Source: a bacterium (GTDB lineage: Bacteria; UBA8248). From it: a stretch of 64,000 bases of DNA. The notes under the pieces were generated by a model, which saw only the letters and a program-made list of their open reading frames with translations, was not told the origin of the DNA and made no database searches. The stretch covers positions 352,001 through 416,000 of the forward strand of contig OZ242260.1 of NCBI GenBank assembly GCA_965207065.1. Reading direction: 5' to 3'. The position numbers and the translations under genes are program-made. Shown one piece after another: positions 1 through 7,307 of the stretch (within the stretch, counting starts at the first letter, position 1; every line of letters starts with the position of its first letter).

Positions 1-225
1 CCAGAGAAGGCTCGCCCGCTCATCCGCAAGCTGCGTTCCGTCGGGCGCTGCTTCCGCGAGTGCGCCGAAAGCCTTGATGACGGCGCCGGTCGCCTCGGCC
101 TCGTCCCACACGGGGCGGTTGTCGAACTCGTCCGGCCCGGGCGTGGCGCCGAACAGGGCGGCCTGCTCGCAGACCATGGCGGTGAAGGATTCATGCTGGG
201 CATCGTTGTGATCGTTCTCGTACAT
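1..225 (-). CDS. DUF2493/YspA-SLOG-like protein of conjugative elements, 5' part only (runs off the window)
   Basis: Not in the ORF track. Manual translation MYENDHNDAQHESFTAMVCEQAALFGATPGPDEFDNRPVWDEAEATGAVIKAFGALAEAAPDGTQLADERASLLW resembles the N-terminus of plasmid/ICE DUF2493 proteins. RBS AAGGAG precedes ATG 225, and an alternative in-frame ATG at 264 also has an RBS. Confidence 0.6.
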   Translation of the reverse strand, partial: MYENDHNDAQHESFTAMVCEQAALFGATPGPDEFDNRPVWDEAEATGAVIKAFGALAEAAPDGTQLADERASLLW

Positions 226-285
226 GGTGCTCTCCTTGCGGTCGTGAGTTGCGTTGGAAGTCATCGTTCACTCCTTTGGTTGTCC

Positions 286-657
286 TCAAGCGAGGGGATG
301 GTTGAATTCGGGAAGAGCGTAGCCACGCTCGTTGCGCCCCACTTCCTTCGGCATCTCGTCGAGATACCCGGCTGCCCACTCGGCGGCGCGCGCGAGTACG
401 TCGCCGTGGCACGGGAGGGGATGGCAGTGGCAGCCGAGTTCGCAGCCCTGGAGGTCGGCGAGTTCGTAGAGGTCCACCTCCTGGCGCTGGATTTTTCTCC
501 ACAGCCATTGCCGGTATTTTTCAATCACGTTGTCGCGGTCGCCGTCGGGGCCGAGCCGGAAGGGGTTTCCCCATTTCGTCATGCGGTCGATCCTCACCAG
601 CAGGCCGCTGCCGTTTTCTGCGACATAGTCGTTCAGGTTCACCACGGTGGTTTCCAT
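286..657 (-). CDS. DUF4326 domain protein
   Basis: Motifs KWGNPF and LGCHCHPLPCHGDVL; GGAGGAG RBS before ATG 657. Confidence 0.85.
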   Translation of the reverse strand: METTVVNLNDYVAENGSGLLVRIDRMTKWGNPFRLGPDGDRDNVIEKYRQWLWRKIQRQEVDLYELADLQGCELGCHCHPLPCHGDVLARAAEWAAGYLDEMPKEVGRNERGYALPEFNHPLA

Positions 658-690
658 GCCTTTCTCCTCCAGAGAGTTAACGGATGCGCT

Positions 691-921
691 TCTTAGCGCC
701 TCATTTTCAGCACGTAAGGGCATCGGGCGGTGTTGCCGATGCCCGTAGGCGGGCGAATCAAGGGCTCGTCATTTTCCGGGGGGTTCCCGAAAAACACGTT
801 TCATAGAGCGGCGCTCTGGTTTTTTGCCGCTCGACGTTTTTTGGGGGGCACCGGCAAATGATGGCCGCTTGCGGCCACCCTTTATTCGCCCGGCGTTCGT
901 GCTAAAATGAGGACGCTAAGA
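691..921. promoter_or_regulatory. Long nested fold-back, Frpo-like ssDNA promoter candidate
   Basis: 691-714 pairs with 898-921, 750-764 pairs with about 878-892, with further inner stems; TTTATT-16-TAAAAT (881-908) lies in the right arm. Confidence 0.65.
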
Positions 922-940
922 GAGAGACACCAGTACCGCC

Positions 941-1171
941 ACCGGGACACAAGAGTTTTTGGGTGTTTCACGATGAAGGCGAAGCTCATCGGGAAACAAT
1001 CTCTCATGCTGCGGAGAGGGTCATTTCGGGCCGTTATTCGGCCCGAAATTCCCGCAGCGGGGGGTAGACCGAGCCACTTTCCATGGTATGTGGTGAGAGC
1101 AGGCGCATGCCGATCTTCCGTGAACACGGTTTACCGTTCACGGAACCGGAAGTATATCGGGTGTTCCCGGT
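941..1171 (+). ncRNA. Multi-branched structured non-coding element (candidate ncRNA or ssDNA structure)
   Basis: Closing stem 941-950/1161-1171; hairpins 964-998, 1023-1049, 1116-1145; stem 1001-1006/1094-1099; no credible ORF. Confidence 0.4.
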
Positions 1172-1239
1172 AGAGGAGAGGGGCAGGCAGGGCGGGAAAG
1201 GCGCGGGCGTTTCGGTGGTGGACTTCCTCTGGATCCGGA

Positions 1240-1281
1240 GCAAAACAAAAGGGACCGACGCAACATCGCGCCGGCCCCGGG
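1240..1281 (-). terminator. Intrinsic terminator after ssb
   Basis: Minus strand GGGGCCGGCGC-GATGTT-GCGTCGGTCCC followed by TTTTGTTTT. Confidence 0.7.
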
Positions 1282-1285
1282 GTGA

Positions 1286-1720
1286 TCAGAATGGAATTTC
1301 CTGCCCGACTACGCCCGCGGTCGCCGCCACGTCGTTCGTCTCGGGGTGCGCGCCGTTGCCGTTCCCGTTCATTTTTTCCAAAAACTGCACGACCCCGCCC
1401 GGCGCGATGAGTATCTCGGTGGAGAAGCGATCCGAATCCTCCTCGTCCTTCTTCCAGCGCCTGGTCTGGAGCTTGCCGGCCACGTAGAGGAGGCGGCCCT
1501 TCTTCGCGTGGCGTTCGAGCATGTCCACCAGCCCGGGCTGGAAGGTCACTACCCTGTGCCATTCGGTTTTGTCGACACGCTCGCCGGATTGTTTCTCCAC
1601 GTAGCCCTCGTCGGTGGCGATGGATAGATTCGCGACACGCCCCCCGCTTGCGAGATGGTTGATGGTGACGTCTGCGCCTAAGCGCCCGATGAGTTCCGCA
1701 CGGTTCAGTCCGAATGCCAT
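1286..1720 (-). CDS. ssb: Single-stranded DNA-binding protein (mobile-element type)
   Basis: LNRAELIGRLGAD, TEWHRVV, GKLQTRRW and a C-terminal EIPF tail; AAGGAG RBS before ATG 1720. Confidence 0.95.
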   Translation of the reverse strand: MAFGLNRAELIGRLGADVTINHLASGGRVANLSIATDEGYVEKQSGERVDKTEWHRVVTFQPGLVDMLERHAKKGRLLYVAGKLQTRRWKKDEEDSDRFSTEILIAPGGVVQFLEKMNGNGNGAHPETNDVAATAGVVGQEIPF

Positions 1721-1794
1721 TTTGATACTCCTTGAAGTGTGGTGTGGATGATGAGGGAAGCGGAGAGCCTTTCTCTCCACTCCCCCGGTTCGCC

Positions 1795-1929
1795 CTATAC
1801 GCTACAGAACTCCTCTGTCTCGCCTTGCGCCTCGTCGCGCAGCTTGCGGATCGTGTACGCGTCGAGCCCGAGTTCTGCGAGCAACTCGTCTGCGGTGGGA
1901 ACGTCGACGTCGTAGTCGTTCTCGTACAT
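1795..1929 (-). CDS. Small acidic hypothetical protein, 44 aa
   Basis: Below the ORF-track cutoff: MYENDYDVDVPTADELLAELGLDAYTIRKLRDEAQGETEEFCSV, preceded by RBS GAGGAGG. Confidence 0.65.
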   Translation of the reverse strand: MYENDYDVDVPTADELLAELGLDAYTIRKLRDEAQGETEEFCSV

Positions 1930-2129
1930 GGCCAGGCCTCCTCTCGGGTTGTCGCCGGCGGCGGGAGCTGGAGACCGTCTCCCTCTCCCTACCGGGCATT
2001 TGCCCGGCTCCCCGCTTCACTCTCACTCTCGGGAGGAGGTTCTCACCCGGCGGGGACAACTCGCAGAGGGCGCTTGCCATTGCCGCGGATTCGTGTCAGA
2101 AGGCGCGCGGACGTGAGGAAGGAGGAGTC

Positions 2130-2579
2130 ATGGAACGACTTAAGTCCTGGATTCCGGCGCTGTCGTGGCTGCCGGCGGGGATTATGGCGGAAGAGGTTCT
2201 GCGCGCGGGGTTCGTGTCCGGAATGATGGCGCCCGCCTCCCTCGTGGAGTTGACATTGGTTGCTCCGTGCGGCCTGCCGCTCGCGCTTGCCTGTAAGCGT
2301 CTCGCCCGCTCGGGGTATCCGGGTCCCGCCCTGGTGGCGTGGGCCGCGCTCGGCGCCGCCGCACTCGCGGGCTTCTTCGGTCCGCTCCCCGCAGGCGTTC
2401 AGGCGGTACTGGTCTCTCTTCCGGTCTGGCTGGCGGCCTGGCGGGTCGAGCGAAGGTCCCGCCGCCCGGGACTCGCCTTGCCTCGGGAATGGCGCGGGCG
2501 TTCGCCCGGCAGGTTCCTCCTACGGGAGTTGAATGACCTGGAAACCCCCCGCCGAAAACGCTTCCGGCAGACGCCCTGA
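2130..2579 (+). CDS. Hypothetical membrane protein
   Basis: AGGAGGAG RBS; several hydrophobic segments and a basic C-tail. Confidence 0.55.
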   Translation: MERLKSWIPALSWLPAGIMAEEVLRAGFVSGMMAPASLVELTLVAPCGLPLALACKRLARSGYPGPALVAWAALGAAALAGFFGPLPAGVQAVLVSLPVWLAAWRVERRSRRPGLALPREWRGRSPGRFLLRELNDLETPRRKRFRQTP

Positions 2580-2722
2580 GGTCGACGGGACGGCTGCGGA
2601 GCAGGGCGGCGTCGAAACCTCCCCCCTCCATCGTCGTCCCGCCGATGGGGTGGACGACCCCTCCTGGCAGGTATCACACTGTGGCGAGGTGGCGTCTCTA
2701 AATCGCCCGGAAGGAGTATCCC

Positions 2723-3748
2723 ATGGAACAGGTTCACATCATCGGTATCGACCTGGCGAAACACGGATTTTAACTCCATGGCGCGCGCTCAGACGGTTCG
2801 GTCGCGTTTCGCAAGAAACTGAGCCGGGGGAAAGTACCGGGTTTTCTGTCTTCGCAGCCGCGCTGCCTGATCGCGATGGAGGCGTGCGCGAGCGCGCACT
2901 ACTGGGGCCGCGAGATCGGCAGGCTCGGCCACGAGGTGAAGCTCATGCCACCGGTCTACGTGAAGCCTTACCTTAAGCGTCAGAAGAACGACGCGGCGGA
3001 CGCGGAGGCGATCTGCGAGGCCGCCTCGCGCCCGACCATGCGCTTCGTGGCGGTGAAGAGCGAAGCGCAGCAGGCCCAGGGCATGCTGTTCCGTACGCGC
3101 GATCTCCTGGTTCGCCAGCGCACGCAGACTGCCAATGCGTTGCGCGGTCACTTCGCGGAGTTCGGGGTCATCGCTCCGCAGGGACTGGTGAATACCTCTC
3201 GCCTGGCGGCGGCTCTTGGAGACCCGGTTACGGAGCTGCCGACGGTGGTCCGCGAGTTGGGCGGGGTTCTTCTCGATCAAATTGCCGAACTCAACGAGAA
3301 GATCAGGGAGTTGGAGAGGCAACTCCACGCGGGCGCTTACGCGGACGAGGAGGCGAGGCGTCTGATGAGCATCCCGGGGGTTGGTCCGATCACCGCGTCG
3401 GCGATACTGGCCTTCGCGCCGCCTTTGGAGAGCTTCAAGCGCGGACGGGACTTCTCCGCCTGGCTCGGCCTCGTGCCCAGACAGCACTCGACCGGAGGTA
3501 AGTCCCGACTGGGCAAAGTGTCGAAGATGGGACAGCGCGACATCAGGCGGCTGTTGATCATAGGTGCCATGGCGGTGGTGCGCAGCGCGGTCCGGCGCGG
3601 CGCGCCGGCGGGCTCCTGGCTGGCCCGGATGCTGGCGCGCAAGCCTCGGATGCTGGTCGCGGTGGCGCTGGCGAATCGAATGGCGCGCATCGCCTGGGCG
3701 CTGATAACGAAGAAAGAACTCTACCAGGAACGGGCGCCGGTCGCCTGA
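2723..3748 (+). pseudogene. IS110 transposase/recombinase with premature TAA at codon 17
   Basis: AAGGAG RBS, then MEQVHIIGIDLAKHGF*LHG continues in frame into AMEAC, KNDAADA, SIPGVGPITA, WLGLVPRQHSTGGK; the stop is at 2771-2773. Confidence 0.9.
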
Positions 3749-3990
3749 GCGGCAGACAAACGGATTATCCGGGAATGTGAGCAGGTCGGAGGACGGGTAA
3801 GGGAAAATGGTCAATGAGACAGGATCGGGAAAACCAGGGTACCGCCGAGAGCTATCGAGCTCGCCCCGCCGAATTGGACCCGATCCGCGCATCTCCATAC
3901 AGACCCGCGGCGAATTATATGCCGCATCAAGAGGTCGGACATACGACTGCGCCTGACCACAGACCCTGAATCGTTCAAATGACATGCTTG
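3749..3990 (+). ncRNA. Bridge RNA / seekRNA of the IS1111 element
   Basis: Two stem-enclosed internal loops (3822-3886, 3887-3952) whose loop strands match the target flanks and the circle junction; exact RNA ends unknown. Confidence 0.8.
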
Positions 3991-4048
3991 CATTTACGGG
4001 GTCGTCCACATACGGCGGTACGTACCCCCGCCGTGCCGGCTCAGGCGC

Positions 4049-4858
4049 TCACCACCCGGCGAGCCCGGAAATCACGGGCGCGTCCTCGACCACCTCCACT
4101 TCCTCGCGGGAGAGCCTCTTGAAGGCGAGGCACATCGCGACTTCCTCCCATGAGTCCAACGGTCCGTGCTCGATGCCCGTGGCCAATTCGACAATGGTGT
4201 AGCGCGGCGGAAAGACCGGCATCCCCCTGTGCACGCCCGAGGAGTGCCAGGAGCGCGAAGCGCAACGGGCGCACCTTGATGCTCCGTCCGAATCCTGGCC
4301 GCAATCAACGCAGGCGTTCCTGGCGCGCCTGTCGCGATAGCGCGCACGGCTGGCGGCGTTCTTGCGCGGGCGGCGCTTTGAATCCCTTGCGGCGCACGAA
4401 GCGCACGTCGAAGCCCCCGCGAGGACCTCTCCTCCGCATCTACCGCAAAGTCCCCTGGCGCGCCTTTTTTCATAAAGCTTCTTCTCCGCCGCGCGGCGCG
4501 AATCCCTGCAATTTTCGCAGACGGTGGCGCCCTCGGCGGGTTCTCGTTCGCCGCAAGTCGTGCAGAGCCCGGCTTCGAGACGATCATCCCGGCGCTTCCT
4601 CGCCCTCACACGCGCCATGCGGCGGCGGCTCTCTGGAGAGCGTCCTCCGTATCGAGCCCCCTCTCCCCGGGCTTTGGCGTACCGGGCGCGTTCGGACATG
4701 CGTCCTCTCTCGAGGCAGAATTCGCAGATACTGCGACCCTGTGCGGGAGGGTGTTTTCCGCACTTCGGACAAGCCCCCCGCGCTCTGCGCTCGGCCGTCC
4801 GGCGCCTGTGTCGTTCGCGTTCATAAGCGCGTCGCTTCTCCGGGTCTTTGTGGGGCAT
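4049..4858 (-). CDS. Arg-rich protein with four tandem CxxC-CxxC (zinc-finger-like) repeats
   Basis: GAAGGAGG RBS; four units resembling RRARG(L/A)CxxCG-x8-10-CxxC. Confidence 0.75.
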   Translation of the reverse strand: MPHKDPEKRRAYERERHRRRTAERRARGACPKCGKHPPAQGRSICEFCLERGRMSERARYAKARGEGARYGGRSPESRRRMARVRARKRRDDRLEAGLCTTCGEREPAEGATVCENCRDSRRAAEKKLYEKRRARGLCGRCGGEVLAGASTCASCAARDSKRRPRKNAASRARYRDRRARNACVDCGQDSDGASRCARCASRSWHSSGVHRGMPVFPPRYTIVELATGIEHGPLDSWEEVAMCLAFKRLSREEVEVVEDAPVISGLAGW

Positions 4859-4928
4859 GGTTTCCCTCCTTCCGGCGACTGGAGTCCGTACGGCCGGCAG
4901 TGGGCCGACGAAACGTCTTGCGGGCTCA

Positions 4929-5228
4929 TCACCGGCTCATCATTCGGCCCCAGACGAGGTGTTCGCCCCACAGCTGGAGCCCGCTCCCGGGGATTTTGAT
5001 CCCCGTGCAGACGATGAGCTCGTCCCGGGCGGGACGCATCTCCCTGACAACACGGCGCGAGGCCGTCACGCGTTTTCTTCTGCGCTTACCCGGTTCTCCC
5101 GCGGGGACGGGACGAATGCCGCCCCGGGCATCGGATTGATAGCGTTTGACTTCGTAGCGCTCATCGGCCAGGCCAGAGCCCAGAAGATGGATGAGGAAGG
5201 TATTCGCTTCGGGTTTTGGTTTACGCAT
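4929..5228 (-). CDS. Hypothetical basic protein, 99 aa
   Basis: AAGGAGG RBS before ATG 5228 (MRKPKPEANTFLIHLL...); co-oriented with the zinc-finger gene. Confidence 0.55.
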   Translation of the reverse strand: MRKPKPEANTFLIHLLGSGLADERYEVKRYQSDARGGIRPVPAGEPGKRRRKRVTASRRVVREMRPARDELIVCTGIKIPGSGLQLWGEHLVWGRMMSR

Positions 5229-5627
5229 CGCGCGGCCTCCTTGGAGTGGGTGGGTGATGGCGGCGGAAGTGAACCTCGACCGGGAGAGCCTCCCTCCCGG
5301 ACCATTCCGCCGCCCCCTCCCGGTCCGGCTCCGCCTCCCGGCGGGGCGGCGCGCGTCGATGGAGGAAGAAAGAGATGCGGCTCGTATTCGCGCATTTTTT
5401 TCGGATTTTTTATCAAATCCCGGCGCGGGGGATGTCCGGCGTGAGCGCGTACGGCGGCAAGGCGCAGGAAATCCGCTGCAAAATTTCCTTGCACGCGGAT
5501 TGTTTTCGGATAATATGGGCGTCCGTGAAGAGGACGGGACGCCGCGGCGAACAACCGGGGGGGGGTATTCCGGGATACGGGGCGCGCGCCGCCGCATGAG
5601 CGGGAGAGAGCGGAGTTCATCGCGCGC

Positions 5628-5975
5628 TCAGGCGAAGGGGCCGTGACCGTAGGGATAATCATCATCGTACATCTCGCCTTCCTCGTAATCACGCCGCCAG
5701 GAGTAACGCCCCGTCCGGGTCTCCCAGTCGAATTGCTCTTCGTTCCTCTCGGGAAGGGTGTAGGAGGTGAAGGCGGACCAGTCGCCGCGGTACGCCCGCC
5801 ACAGGGCGCCCGAGAGCGCGGTGACGATGGTCCAGAGCGCGGCGAGGAGCCAGGCCGCAGAGATGAAGCGGACGCCCCTCCCGCCGCTTATGCCGATAAG
5901 GGTGTAGAGCAGCGCGAGAGCGGGGCCAGCGAGAACGATCAAGTGCGCCGCAGCGGATGGTTTCGGGTTTGTCAT
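5628..5975 (-). CDS. Hypothetical membrane protein (2 TM, acidic C-tail)
   Basis: GGGAGG RBS before ATG 5975; two hydrophobic helices followed by a D/E/Y-rich tail. Confidence 0.6.
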   Translation of the reverse strand: MTNPKPSAAAHLIVLAGPALALLYTLIGISGGRGVRFISAAWLLAALWTIVTALSGALWRAYRGDWSAFTSYTLPERNEEQFDWETRTGRYSWRRDYEEGEMYDDDYPYGHGPFA

Positions 5976-6945
5976 GGAAAATCCTCCCGGGTCGTGAGTC
6001 GATGGCGGACGGGCGCGGCGGCCTCTCTCCACCCCGCACCCTCGGTCCCGGGCGACTCTCCCCGGCCTCCACCTCTCGCCGGCGGGCGGCGGTATGACGT
6101 CGACCACCACGACCGGCCGCCTCGAGGGTTCCTGCTCGATCGGCGGATGGATGAGAGACGTGGACGACGAGGGGGTCTTGCGCGAGCAGGAGCCGTTGAG
6201 CAAGACCCGGCGGCGGTGTATATTTGCCGCGATACCCGTACAGATTCAGGGAAAACACCGTACCGCGAAAAACGCGAACCAGCCGCTTCAGGCGCGCATT
6301 TCCTCCTTGTGCTGTGTTGCCTGGGGTTCAAGCAAGCGGCGAGTCGCCCCTCCCGGCGTCCCCTCGTGGAAATGTCGTGAAAGACCAATGCGGCATTTCA
6401 CACTTGCCGGGAGGGGCGGCGCTCCGGTTCAGGCGCTTTCATAGGGGGTATGAGAAAAAGATGCGGAACACCGGCATATCGGCCCATGCCGCACGGAGGG
6501 TGTCCCTGCCTAAGGCCGGGGCGCGAAGCGCGGTGGACGCGCTGCTTCGCGCCGGCGGGGACACTTTCCCAAGGATATTTCTGACGGGGTTGTGCGCGTT
6601 GCCGCTCGGGAGCCGTCCTGCGGGGAGGGACCTCGGCATGGGGGGAGCGAGTCGATGCCCGGCCTGGAAGACGCTGGGTTTCCGGGCATCCGGAACGCCC
6701 TGTGAAGCGGACGATGCGGCAAGCCCGAATGGATGTCCGGCAGCGGTTGCTCCGGACCAACCGGAAGCAATACCCAGAGCGCTGCAACGAGCGCCGTCAC
6801 CCCGCCGCCGGACACTGGCCCCCGACATGGGCGCACCGGGACGCGCAGAGGTTGTAATGAATCCGCTTGCGGTTTGATTACTCATTTCAAAGGAGAAAAA
6901 CCAAGCACGCTGCAGCAGGACGAAAAACCGACGTATCTGATATAA

Positions 6946-7145
6946 AATCAGCTAGTTACATGGAGGCTTTGATTATCGGAAAATGTTGGATACGGTCTGT
7001 TCGATAAAAGAATAAGAGAAGATGATGGTCTTTGTCAACAAACATTCCCGGTGGATATCCAAAAAATTCGTCCCTTGAAGATTCGAATCCTGCACCGGTC
7101 ATCGTGCCGGGAAAAATGTTTAGCAATTGCAAAATCAATCTTTTA
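6946..7145 (+). promoter_or_regulatory. Two IHF-consensus sites in the AT-rich boundary of the mobile region
   Basis: AATCAGCTAGTTA (6946-6958) and AATCAATCTTTTA (7133-7145) fit WATCARNNNNTTR. Confidence 0.4.
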
Positions 7146-7307
7146 CAAGATATTCAGTTTCAAAAGGAAACGAAGGGAATTTCTTTTCTCCACCCGGGTC
7201 CCCTCAATTCAAGAAAAAAATTTTCATTTACAGCCTATCCTGGCCCCGCAATTGCGCCCTGCGCCTCAGAAAATCTGGCGAAGCATCATACGATTGAAGC
7301 AGAAGAC

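Larger units (their letters stand above)
2643..4014 (+). mobile_element. IS110 family, IS1111 group insertion sequence
   Basis: Sub-terminal 12-bp perfect inverted repeats GTGGACGACCCC (2650-2661) / GGGGTCGTCCAC (3998-4009); CG core at both ends; DEDD-type transposase; long 3' non-coding region. Confidence 0.92.

Noticed and set aside
2789-4009. 406-aa minus-strand ORF
   Set aside because: Antisense shadow of the IS110 transposase with no recognisable motifs.
6224-6885. Overlapping 108-217 aa ORFs on both strands
   Set aside because: No RBS or motif support and Arg/Pro/Ala-rich; the region is better explained by inverted-repeat structure.
1-7100. Prophage or retron interpretation of the left region
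   Set aside because: No structural phage genes or reverse transcriptase in the window; the content fits a conjugative leading region better, although the left part is unseen.
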